This document shows, piece after piece, positions 9,299-18,147 of a stretch of DNA of 64,000 bases. Numbering within the stretch: the first letter of the stretch is position 1; each line of letters starts with the position of its first letter. The notes under the pieces were generated by a model. That model was not told where the DNA came from. It saw only the letters and a program-made list of their open reading frames with translations, and did no database searches. Origin of the DNA: an uncultured archaeon (lineage in GTDB: Archaea > Thermoproteota > Nitrososphaeria > Nitrososphaerales > Gagatemarchaeaceae). The translations under genes were made by a program, and so were the position numbers. The DNA lies in contig CAWFOU010000001.1 of NCBI GenBank assembly GCA_963817525.1, positions 32,001 to 96,000 on the forward strand, written 5' to 3'.

Positions 9299-10228
9299 AT
9301 GTTGGACACAATGAAAGTAAAGAACTCTTACATCCCGTGGTCCTTCCTGGACATAGCAGCGAAGGAAGAGGGGCTTTTCGAGAAGCGGGGCCTCGACGTG
9401 GAATTCTTCGCGGTGGGCCGCTCTGAGGCCGAGCCAGCCGACAAGGTCGCCTGGTATGGGAACCTCGTGAGGGACGGGAACCTCGACGCCTATTCCGTTT
9501 GCGCCTGGGGGGCCATCGACAGGCTCGCAGAGAAGGAGCGGGAGAAGATCGTGGCCGCAACGACCTCCTCTGGCTATGCTTTCTCCATACTGGTCGCGCC
9601 GGGTCTCGGAATCAAGACCGCGGCGGACCTCTCTGAGATACCGATCGCCGTCAACATGAAGACCGGCTCCCATTACTGCATCCTGAGCGACCTCGAGAGG
9701 GTGCTGCCATACAGCAAGATTAAGGTCATTCACGGAGGGGAGCCCCACAACAGGCTGAAGGGCCTCTTGGAAGGCAAGTTCCAAGCGGTCGCGCTCATCA
9801 GTCCCTACACGGAGCTCGCCGTCCAGCTCGGCTTCGTCAAGGTCGCCGAGACCAAGACCGTAGACGTCCTGGCATTCGTGGCCCGGGACGACATCCCGAT
9901 GGATGTCCTGACCCGCTATCTGGCCGCCCTAGACGAGGCTGCCAAGATGATGAAGAATGACCCGGAGAGGTTCAGGGACCTCTACGTGAGGACCCTGAGG
10001 GAGACGTTCCTCGGGTTCCCAGACGAGTGGAAGACGAGGATCAACAAGCTGATCGACAAGATCGCCCCGACCATCCCCATCACCACCTGGGGCGAGCTGA
10101 CGGAGTACCCGAGGGAGTCGTTCAACTCGCTCAGCACCTGGATGACCAAGCACAACCTGCTTCAGGCCAACGTCCAGTATGAGAACATGGTGATGAGCCA
10201 GCCCCTAGAGAACGTCCAGAGCGGCTAG
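9299..10228 (+). CDS. NMT1/THI5/SsuA-like PBP2-fold protein, no signal peptide
   Basis: AAKEEGLFEKRGLDVEF, DLSEIPIAV...GSHY; the fold starts at the N-terminus (possible start 9311). Confidence 0.75.
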   Translation: MLDTMKVKNSYIPWSFLDIAAKEEGLFEKRGLDVEFFAVGRSEAEPADKVAWYGNLVRDGNLDAYSVCAWGAIDRLAEKEREKIVAATTSSGYAFSILVAPGLGIKTAADLSEIPIAVNMKTGSHYCILSDLERVLPYSKIKVIHGGEPHNRLKGLLEGKFQAVALISPYTELAVQLGFVKVAETKTVDVLAFVARDDIPMDVLTRYLAALDEAAKMMKNDPERFRDLYVRTLRETFLGFPDEWKTRINKLIDKIAPTIPITTWGELTEYPRESFNSLSTWMTKHNLLQANVQYENMVMSQPLENVQSG

Positions 10229-10245
10229 AGGGAGGCGAGTCGTCA

Positions 10246-11175
10246 ATGGCGCAGAAGCTGACAACAATCTCGCACGGCTACTACCAGCCGTACTTCTACT
10301 GGATGTTCCCGATAGTGGTGGCTAGGGAGGAGGGCCTTTTCGAGAAGGAAGGGGTCGCCCTTGACGTCCACGACATCGTGCAAGGGGGGCAGCCAGAGAA
10401 CAAGGCGGAGTGGTATAGGGAAGCGCTCGACGAGCGGTCCCGGGACTTTTACTTCTGCTGCGCGTGGCAGGGCGTCTACAGCACCTGCGAGACGGGCAAG
10501 GGCAAGATAGGCGCGGCGATAAAGTCCACGCTAATCAAGACCTTCGGGATCTACACAAAGCCCGACTCCCCCATCCGCAACATACTCGACATCACCGAGA
10601 ACGGAGTGCAGATAGCGGTGAATAAGAACGCGGACGCGCACTACGTGACCTTGGAGAACCTCGCCGAATTCGTGCCCGCCTCGCAGATCAAGCTCAAGCA
10701 CCTGGGCGGGATCGACGGGTGCTTCGAGGCCCTGGCGAGAGGAGAAGTCCAGGCCGCGACGCTGGCAGGGCCGTACGCCGAGGCCGCAGAGGCGATAGGC
10801 TACAGGAGGGTGATGGCGCTCTCGCGGACCCTCCCTACGCTCATCGTGTTCAACGATGCCGTCGAGACTTCGGCGGCGAACTCGTTCCTGGCGGCCGTCA
10901 ACAAGGCGGTGGACAAGGTGAACGGCGACAGGACCAAGTATCGCGCAAGGTACCTGAAAGAGTTCGAGGAGGTCGTGAACAAATACATTCCCGAGCTCAA
11001 GGCCGACCTGCCAAAGATAAAGGCGAGGATTAGCCTCCCCACTTGGGCAGAGACCAAGGTGCTTGGCGAGCCCGAATTCAACGAGATTCATGACTTCCTG
11101 GTGGCGCACGGCCTCTCGTCCAAGGGGAAGGGATACGAGGGGACGGTCAAGACGAACCTCGCCATAGCGCACTGA
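10246..11175 (+). CDS. NMT1/THI5/SsuA-like PBP2-fold protein, no signal peptide
   Basis: VAREEGLFEKEGVALDV, ALARGEVQAATL; paralogue of the upstream gene (shared CAW). Confidence 0.75.
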   Translation: MAQKLTTISHGYYQPYFYWMFPIVVAREEGLFEKEGVALDVHDIVQGGQPENKAEWYREALDERSRDFYFCCAWQGVYSTCETGKGKIGAAIKSTLIKTFGIYTKPDSPIRNILDITENGVQIAVNKNADAHYVTLENLAEFVPASQIKLKHLGGIDGCFEALARGEVQAATLAGPYAEAAEAIGYRRVMALSRTLPTLIVFNDAVETSAANSFLAAVNKAVDKVNGDRTKYRARYLKEFEEVVNKYIPELKADLPKIKARISLPTWAETKVLGEPEFNEIHDFLVAHGLSSKGKGYEGTVKTNLAIAH

Positions 11176-11194
11176 CCTCGCGAGTGTGGGCTAG

Positions 11195-12574
11195 ATGGTA
11201 ACCAGAATGGAGAGGGCAATAGAGATTCCGCGCCGGTGGTACAACATCGCCCCAGACCTCCCGAGCAAGCTCCCCCCGGTGATAGACCAGAACACGCACG
11301 GCATCGCGGACAAGAAGATACTCCACAGGCTCTTCGTCAACGAGGTCGCAAAGGCCGAGTACTCCGGCGAGCGCTTCATCACCATCCCGGAGGAGCTCAG
11401 GGACGTATACTCCATCTGGAGGCCCACTCCCCTGGTGAGGGCGAAGCGGCTCGAGAGATACCTCAACACTCCGGCCAGGATCTACTACAAGAACGAGACC
11501 GTGAGCCCGCCGGGGTCCCACAAGGCCAACGCGGCCGTGGCCCAGGCCTACTACGCGAAGCAGGAGGGGACGGACAGGCTCGTGACCAGCACGACGGCGG
11601 GCCAGTGGGGCACCGCGCTCGCCTTCGGCTGCACCATCTTCGGGGTAAAGTGCACGGTCTACATGTCAAAGTCAAGCTACGACAGCAAGCCCTATCGGAA
11701 GGACCTAGCGGAGGCCTGGGGCGCCGAGATAATCTCCAGCCCCAGTACGAGGACGAAGGTGGGCAGGGACATCCTGAAGGAGGACCCGAACTCCAGCGGG
11801 TCGATGGCGGTCGCGAAGAGCGAGGCCCTCGAGGACACCGAGAACGACCCCACTGCAAAGGACGCCGTGGGGAGCATCATGAACTTCGTCCTCGCAACGC
11901 AGACGGTGATAGGCCAGGAGGCGCAGGCGCAGATGGAACCCTACGAAGACTACCCTGACATGGTGATCGGCTGCGTCGGAGGAGGAAGCAACTTCTCCGG
12001 GATATTCTGGCCGTACTACTACGAGATGGTCAACAAGATCAGCCCCAAGCAGGTCGAGTTCCTCGGCGTGGAGTCGTCCGCCGTCCCGAAGCTGACGCAG
12101 GGCCAATACATCTACGACCACTCCGACGTGATGCGGATGAGCCCGCTCTTCAAGATGTACACCGCCGGGCACACGTACAACCCTCCCGAGATCCACACGG
12201 GCGGCTTGAGGGTCCACGGCACGGCCCCGACGCTCAGCCTCCTGCACGCCGCGGGCATCGTCAAGGCCGTCGCGTACAACCAGGTGGAGGTGTTCGAGGC
12301 CGGCGCCCTGTTCGCGAGGACCGAAGGCATCCTCCCCGCTCCAGAGTCCGCCCACGCGATAAAGGCCACGATAGACGAGGCCAAGCGTTGCAAGGCGCAG
12401 AACAAAGAGAAGGTCATACTCTTCAGCCTGTGCGGACACGGCATCCTGGACATCGAAGGATACCGCGAGTACTTCTCGGGCAAGATGACGGAGAACAACG
12501 CCGACCCAGCGGAGCTGAAGAGGTCCCTCGACGAGGTGAAGGGCCTCTATCCCTGGCTCCAGGGCAGCGACTAA
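11195..12574 (+). CDS. TrpB2-like PLP-dependent enzyme (divergent active site)
   Basis: IPRRWYNI, WRPTPLVRA, GSHK (PLP Lys), AGQWG, GGGSNF, PAPESAHA. Confidence 0.88.
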   Translation: MVTRMERAIEIPRRWYNIAPDLPSKLPPVIDQNTHGIADKKILHRLFVNEVAKAEYSGERFITIPEELRDVYSIWRPTPLVRAKRLERYLNTPARIYYKNETVSPPGSHKANAAVAQAYYAKQEGTDRLVTSTTAGQWGTALAFGCTIFGVKCTVYMSKSSYDSKPYRKDLAEAWGAEIISSPSTRTKVGRDILKEDPNSSGSMAVAKSEALEDTENDPTAKDAVGSIMNFVLATQTVIGQEAQAQMEPYEDYPDMVIGCVGGGSNFSGIFWPYYYEMVNKISPKQVEFLGVESSAVPKLTQGQYIYDHSDVMRMSPLFKMYTAGHTYNPPEIHTGGLRVHGTAPTLSLLHAAGIVKAVAYNQVEVFEAGALFARTEGILPAPESAHAIKATIDEAKRCKAQNKEKVILFSLCGHGILDIEGYREYFSGKMTENNADPAELKRSLDEVKGLYPWLQGSD

Positions 12575-12609
12575 GCATCAAATACACGGACGGTTGAGCT
12601 AGCGAGCCC

Positions 12610-13446
12610 ATGGCCAAGCGAAGACCTCTCTCCTACGGAGAGTACCTTGGCCTCGACGAGCTCCTGGACCTCCAGCGCCTCGTCTCGAAGCCCAGGCAGC
12701 ACGACGAGGTGCTGTTCCTCATCGCCCACCAGGCCTACGAGCTCTGGTTCAAGCTGATGCTCAACGAGCTGGAGACCGCCATCTCGCACATGCTGGCCGA
12801 CAACCTCGCCGAGGCGACCAGGCTGATACGCAGGGTCGTCCCGGTCCAGAGGGTCCTGATAGACCAGCTCGAGGTCCTCGAGACGATCAGGCCGACGGAT
12901 TTCTTGAAGTTCAGGAGCATACTCCATCCGGCGAGCGGCTTCCAGTCGCTCCAGTTCAGGGAGCTCGAGTTCATCTCCGGGCAGAAGGACGAGAGGTTCC
13001 TCAAGCTCCACGCCGGGAACGAGAAGGACTACGAGCAGCTCCTGAAGAGGTGGGAGGCGCCCTCGCTCTGGGACGGGTTCAGGACGGTCCTCGAGGAGAG
13101 GGGGTTCGACGTCGGGGGGAGGGCGAAGGGGAAAGAGGCCGAGGTCTTCGAGCTCGAGGTCCAGGCGTCCCTCAAGATATTCACGGAGAGCAAGTACCTG
13201 CACGTCGCCGACCTCGCCGAAGCCATGCTGGAGTACGACAAGTACTTCCAGCTCTGGCGCAGCCACCACATCATGATGGTGGAGCGCGTGATAGGCGGGA
13301 GGCCGGGCACGGGCGAACGTGAGGTCAAGAAGACGATGGGGCCGACCTCATTCCGTCCCTCAGGCGTCAACTACCTCCAGACGACGATGGGCAAGAGGTT
13401 CTTCCCGGCGCTCTGGGCTGCCCGGACAAGGATCGGGGCGTACTGA
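12610..13446 (+). CDS. kynA: tryptophan 2,3-dioxygenase family protein
   Basis: YGEYLGLDELL, HDEVLFLIAHQAYELWFK, SGFQSLQFR, WRSHH..MVERVIG, FFPALW. Confidence 0.9.
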   Translation: MAKRRPLSYGEYLGLDELLDLQRLVSKPRQHDEVLFLIAHQAYELWFKLMLNELETAISHMLADNLAEATRLIRRVVPVQRVLIDQLEVLETIRPTDFLKFRSILHPASGFQSLQFRELEFISGQKDERFLKLHAGNEKDYEQLLKRWEAPSLWDGFRTVLEERGFDVGGRAKGKEAEVFELEVQASLKIFTESKYLHVADLAEAMLEYDKYFQLWRSHHIMMVERVIGGRPGTGEREVKKTMGPTSFRPSGVNYLQTTMGKRFFPALWAARTRIGAY

Positions 13447-13462
13447 GCCTCTAGGGCTCGGC

Positions 13463-14416
13463 TCACGGAAGCCGAAGCTTGGAGAAAGTCTCCAGCGTCC
13501 CCGGGAGGGTCGAGAGGTCTTCCGCGTCCGGATGGAAGGAATCCTTCGCGGAGTACTCGACCTCGAAGGGGTACCCCGCCTTCACGCCGGGGAGTGAGGG
13601 GGATATCCCTGTGATCTTCCCGAGGAGCCTCTGACCCTCCTTGCTCAACAGAAAGTCCAGGAAGTTGCGCGCCGACTTGTTGTCCTTCGCCGTCTTCAGG
13701 AGTCCCGCGGTGGTGAACGTGAGCATCCGTGGTATCCGCTCGCTCGCGAACGACCTGACCGGGGAGCCCGCGGTCCTCTCACGGAAGTAGGCCAGCGAAT
13801 ACACTGTCAAGGACAGGTCGTGGTCGCCGTCGATGAGGCCCTGCAACAGGTGGTCGATGCAGTCGTAGGTCAGGGGCCTGTTGGGGCCTGCCAGGCTCTC
13901 GAGGAACGCTGTCCACTTCTTCTCGGAGACCCTCCTTTTGAGGAAGTTCATGTAGTGGGCGCCGATGTTGCCGAACTTGCTCGTTGTGAGAGACTGCATC
14001 CCGAGCCTCCCCCTCCATTCGGGGGACGCTATCTCCTCGAGGCTCTCCGGCAGGTCCTTGGCGGCGAGCCTCTTCGGGTTGTGGGCCATCGTCATGAACG
14101 TGACGCCCGCCGCGAACCAGTTGAGCCCCCTATCGTAGAACTCCTGGGGATAGGCGCCGATGTCCTTCGCGTCGTGTGGTGTGAAGAGCCCCTCAGCGTT
14201 CATTTGCAGGGCGACGTAGTGCGGGACCAATACGATGTCCGCCGTCCTCATGCCGTTCTTCATCTCCTCGCGAATCCGCTCCCGCACCTGGAAGGGGTGG
14301 TCGTCGAGGTAGACAGGAAACTCCTCCAGGGTGTTCTTCTTCCTGAACTCCCAAAGGAGGTCGGACGTACCGGACCGGAGCCCGAGCGAAGCGTAGATTA
14401 TCACGCGCTCAGGCAT
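13463..14416 (-). CDS. FbpA/ThiB-like substrate-binding-fold protein, no signal peptide
   Basis: LPESLEEIASPEWRGRL, ARNFLDFLLSKEGQ. Confidence 0.75.
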   Translation of the reverse strand: MPERVIIYASLGLRSGTSDLLWEFRKKNTLEEFPVYLDDHPFQVRERIREEMKNGMRTADIVLVPHYVALQMNAEGLFTPHDAKDIGAYPQEFYDRGLNWFAAGVTFMTMAHNPKRLAAKDLPESLEEIASPEWRGRLGMQSLTTSKFGNIGAHYMNFLKRRVSEKKWTAFLESLAGPNRPLTYDCIDHLLQGLIDGDHDLSLTVYSLAYFRERTAGSPVRSFASERIPRMLTFTTAGLLKTAKDNKSARNFLDFLLSKEGQRLLGKITGISPSLPGVKAGYPFEVEYSAKDSFHPDAEDLSTLPGTLETFSKLRLP

Positions 14417-14487
14417 TCGATTTTCGTGCTTGTCTCCAGTTATTTATCGGTTGTTCCTCCGTTAGGAGGTTAGGCGGCGTGCTCCCT

Positions 14488-15006
14488 TCATTTCGGATAG
14501 GCCGCGATTACTTTCACCATGGAGCTTATCAAGGCGCTGGCGTCCTCCGGCTCGACGTTCGAGCCCAGTCTCGCTCCCTGCGATGCACCATCGTCAGTGG
14601 CAGAGTCGTATTCAATGGTCTCAGTGTCGGCCAATCCATCTTTCCCGATGAGCGCGTCGATGTGTCGGTCGTCTCCCAATTCTCTTAACCTATCGAATGC
14701 AGCGAGGATGATGGTTTCGTGTCCGTTCTCATGGATCCGGGCAGCCTGCAAATACCTTTTCCATTCCAGAGCATCTTGATTCGACGCTCCTTTTCCATCC
14801 CATTCGGGCAAGGTCGTAAGGACGCTATAGGTAACCAGTTTGCCCTCCCGGCCATCGACAGATTGCCAAGAGTAGGTTGTGAAAGATGGATGCCCGTCTT
14901 TGTTCGGCGTCAGCTCTCTCATGCTTTCTCTTATCTTCTCGAGGCTTCCTCCTGCTACCGAGTACGTTTTGACAGACGAGCTTCCGTGGACTTCCAGATA
15001 GGTCAA
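14488..15006 (-). CDS. DUF922-like Zn-dependent protease
   Basis: YSVAGGSLEKIRESM, TTLPEW, RIHENGH; lower GC; TTG start assumed. Confidence 0.6.
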   Translation of the reverse strand: MTYLEVHGSSSVKTYSVAGGSLEKIRESMRELTPNKDGHPSFTTYSWQSVDGREGKLVTYSVLTTLPEWDGKGASNQDALEWKRYLQAARIHENGHETIILAAFDRLRELGDDRHIDALIGKDGLADTETIEYDSATDDGASQGARLGSNVEPEDASALISSMVKVIAAYPK

Positions 15007-15070
15007 GGCGCCAGGCCGTAAGGCTGCGGCGAGGGATAAAAGTTCTGGGTCACCCAGTTTTCGAGGACAA

Positions 15071-16210
15071 TTAGCCGGAGCCCCGGAAGAAGTCGCCGAG
15101 CCTGCGCGTCCCCTCCACGATGGTCTCGGGGGGGCTGCCGAAGGAGATCCTGAGGTGCTTCTCGCCCGAGGGGCCAAAGATGACGCCGGGGAGCACCGCG
15201 ACATTGTGTTCGTCGAGGAGCCGGCGGGCGACCGTCATCGAGCTCAGTCGCCCCTCAAACTTCGGGAACCCGTAGAACGCCCCCTCCACCTTCCCGCTCT
15301 GTAGGGCGGGGATCTTCGAGAGCCCCTCCTCGAGGAGCCCCCTCCTCTTCCTGAGCTCCTCCCTGAACTCCGCGGTGTAGCGGTCACAGTTTCGGATTGC
15401 GTAGGCCGAGGCAGCCTGGATGAACGGCGGGAAGCAGGTCACGGCGGTCTCGAGGAACCTGTTGACCCTCAGGATCGTCTCCTTGTCGGCGACGACGTAG
15501 CCGGCGCGCCAGCCGGTCATCGCGAAGCTCTTCGAGAGGCTGAAAAGAGAGATGACGGCCCGCGGGGATCCCTCCATCGAGCCGATCGAGAGGTGCTTCT
15601 TCTCGTAGACCAGGTCCTCGTACGCCTCGTCGCTGATGACCTTTATCCCGCGCCCTACGCAGAGATCGAGCAGCTCCTTCAGCTCGCTCCTCCCGAAGAC
15701 CTTCCCTGCAGGGTTCGAAGGCGTGTTGACGATGATCGCACGCGTCCTTGGGGTGATCTTGGACTTGACCTCGTCGACGTCCAGGGAGAAGTCTTCGGCG
15801 AGCTTGTACCTCACCGGCTTGCCTCCCGAGAGCAGCACTGGCTCGGAGTAGTAGTATCCCGGGTCTGGGACCAGCGCCTCGTAGCCCTGCTTGTACAGCG
15901 AAAGCAGCGACGCGTAGATGGATAACTTGGTCGTGATGAAGATGACGTTCTCCAGCCCTGCCTTGAGGTGGTTCTTCCGCCTCACCTTATCCGCTATCGC
16001 CTCCCTGAGGTCGTCCGACCCCCAAGACGAGCTGTAGTGCCCACCCCCGCTCTTCATGCTCTGGTAGGCCGCCTCGACTATCGGGAGCGGGGTGTCGAAC
16101 GACGGCTCCCCTATGGAAAGGGTGAACACCTTCTCGCCCGCGGCTCTCTTCTTCGCCGCGAGGTTGAATATCTCAAAGGCGGGCGAGTCTTGAATCTCGT
16201 CTAGGGGCAT
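15071..16210 (-). CDS. class I/II PLP-dependent aminotransferase
   Basis: IGEPSF, NTPSNPAG, SDEAY, SLSKSFAMTGWRAG. Confidence 0.92.
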   Translation of the reverse strand: MPLDEIQDSPAFEIFNLAAKKRAAGEKVFTLSIGEPSFDTPLPIVEAAYQSMKSGGGHYSSSWGSDDLREAIADKVRRKNHLKAGLENVIFITTKLSIYASLLSLYKQGYEALVPDPGYYYSEPVLLSGGKPVRYKLAEDFSLDVDEVKSKITPRTRAIIVNTPSNPAGKVFGRSELKELLDLCVGRGIKVISDEAYEDLVYEKKHLSIGSMEGSPRAVISLFSLSKSFAMTGWRAGYVVADKETILRVNRFLETAVTCFPPFIQAASAYAIRNCDRYTAEFREELRKRRGLLEEGLSKIPALQSGKVEGAFYGFPKFEGRLSSMTVARRLLDEHNVAVLPGVIFGPSGEKHLRISFGSPPETIVEGTRRLGDFFRGSG

Positions 16211-16370
16211 CCCCTTCGCGCGCTGAGCGTCCGGATTTAAGCGTGCAAGGAGGCTCGCCCTACTGCATGTTTACGAACGCACGCCAGAAGCCGGTCATTC
16301 TGGACAATTGGACGCTTCCTTGCGGACAGACTTATATATAATATAGCCTGACTAGGTCTCCGTCAACCGC

Positions 16371-16706
16371 TTGAAGAAAGTCCAAGCCGAGGTCAGAAAG
16401 GAGAGGTTCCCAGAGGTGGATTTCGCGCTGAAGAGGCTCGGAGTCCCCGGGCTCACCGTGGCCGAAGAGCAGCGCGCAGGCAGGGGAATGTGGACCTATC
16501 CGCTCGAGAACGTAAAGCACGTCATCCTCACCGTCGTGGTGGAGGACGAGAGCGCCAGCAAGGTGGTGGAGTCAATCTGCGGGACCGCCTCGACAAAGTC
16601 CTGGGGCGATGGCCGGATAGCGGTGAGCACGGTCGAGAACGTCTACGACATTGGCTCTGGAAGATTCGACCGAAGCGAGCTGGCGATGCCGACGCTGGGT
16701 CCCTGA
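16371..16706 (+). CDS. P-II family regulator
   Basis: MKKVQAEVR, GLTV, STKSWGDGRIAVSTVE. Confidence 0.8.
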   Translation: MKKVQAEVRKERFPEVDFALKRLGVPGLTVAEEQRAGRGMWTYPLENVKHVILTVVVEDESASKVVESICGTASTKSWGDGRIAVSTVENVYDIGSGRFDRSELAMPTLGP

Positions 16707-16728
16707 AATTCTTAGTTTTCCTAAGGCG

Positions 16729-16971
16729 TTATTCCGTCGGACCGCCGCTGGCCTTGTACTTTGAGATCAGCGCGGCCACGCCTGCTATCACGAGCATCAA
16801 CGAGCAGAGGTATAGCACAGGGACGAGCGGCGGCTGGAGGCCGTCTCCGCCGGCGTTGACGAACGTCTCGTAGGTCATTAGGCTCCCTATCGCGAGGAAC
16901 GCCACCCCGACCATCCGAATCAGGACGTTCACCCTGGAGTCGTCGGCGTTAATCGTCTTGCCCTTGCTCAT
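16729..16971 (-). CDS. small two-TM membrane protein
   Basis: two hydrophobic segments. Confidence 0.6.
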   Translation of the reverse strand: MSKGKTINADDSRVNVLIRMVGVAFLAIGSLMTYETFVNAGGDGLQPPLVPVLYLCSLMLVIAGVAALISKYKASGGPTE

Positions 16972-17049
16972 CTTCGACTCTTCTCCCGACCGCAGAAAAG
17001 GAGTAAATAAGTTATCCAGTCGCCGCCATGAGCGACGCCCCGCTTGGGG

Positions 17050-18147
17050 CTAGTTGCTCTTGAGGAGCTCGAGCTTCTCAGGGAGGTAGGTGTCCACGAT
17101 GTAGCTAAGGCCGTACCTGGAGAATGCCTCCTGCTCGCTCTTCCTCTTGTTCTTCAGGAAGGTGTCGAGCTCGTCGTGCCAGAGCTTCTCCTTGTATCGG
17201 GGGTCCGCCTTTAGCTCGTAGACGCGCTTGATGTCTATCTCTGTGAGCGGGTCCGAGGGAAGCTTGTACTTTACAATGTCACTTGCCCACACGCCTAGCC
17301 AGACCCCGGACGGCGTCGTGAGGTCCCTGAGGTGTGCTGCATTAGCACTGCCTGATTTTATCACCATCGCGATGTGGGCGCCCCAGGGGTCTGCGTCGCA
17401 GAGTATCCCGATGGGCAGCTTCATCTCTTGGTGGAGCCTCCTCAGCAGGTATCTGGTTGCCCTCGGCGGCTGGCCGGCCGTGTTGATGAGTATCGCCTTG
17501 TACTTTGAGTGGACCTTCTCCTCGATGAACCTAGTGAAGAGGCCGCCCTTCTCGATGGCGAGGACAATCTCGGCGTCCGTGTCCGCGAACTCCGCGGTGG
17601 TCATGGCAGGCCCTATCATCATACCGTCAGGGTGGGCCGACAGGTCGAGCTTCTTCCCCTCGTAGCCGGGGACGGTGTACTCTATCGTGAGGTTCCCGAA
17701 TATCGCGCTCCTCTCCTCTGGGTAGACGTTGAACTCCTCCCTCGCCCCTCCCAGGAGCACCTCGAGGTCGGTGATGAGCTCGTCCGACTCGGCCTGGTCC
17801 TGGAACTCCACGTCGAAGGCCTGGGCGGAGTAGTAGACGTCTCTCAGCGTCGAGGTCTTCTTCTCCTCAACCAGCTTCTTGGAGAAGTACGCCAGCCACA
17901 GGAGCTGCGTGAACGGCCTGATGTGCTTGATGTTCCCTGCCGACCTCTTCACGGAGGACGACCCGAGGATGAACTGCTGGAGCTTCTTGTCGTAGACTAT
18001 GTTGCTGACCGACCTGCTCGCGAACGTGACCGAGGGGAACCTCGAGTTGTCCAGGTCTTCGTAGACCTCGTGCCCTATCACGCCGAGGGCCTTTTCGATC
18101 TTCTCCTTCCTGGCCTCAGCTGTAGTCTTCGATTTTTGCTTGCTCAT
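17050..18147 (-). CDS. top6A: DNA topoisomerase VI subunit A
   Basis: TLRDVYY catalytic Tyr, AIEKGG, GQP, DADPWG. Confidence 0.97.
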   Translation of the reverse strand: MSKQKSKTTAEARKEKIEKALGVIGHEVYEDLDNSRFPSVTFASRSVSNIVYDKKLQQFILGSSSVKRSAGNIKHIRPFTQLLWLAYFSKKLVEEKKTSTLRDVYYSAQAFDVEFQDQAESDELITDLEVLLGGAREEFNVYPEERSAIFGNLTIEYTVPGYEGKKLDLSAHPDGMMIGPAMTTAEFADTDAEIVLAIEKGGLFTRFIEEKVHSKYKAILINTAGQPPRATRYLLRRLHQEMKLPIGILCDADPWGAHIAMVIKSGSANAAHLRDLTTPSGVWLGVWASDIVKYKLPSDPLTEIDIKRVYELKADPRYKEKLWHDELDTFLKNKRKSEQEAFSRYGLSYIVDTYLPEKLELLKSN

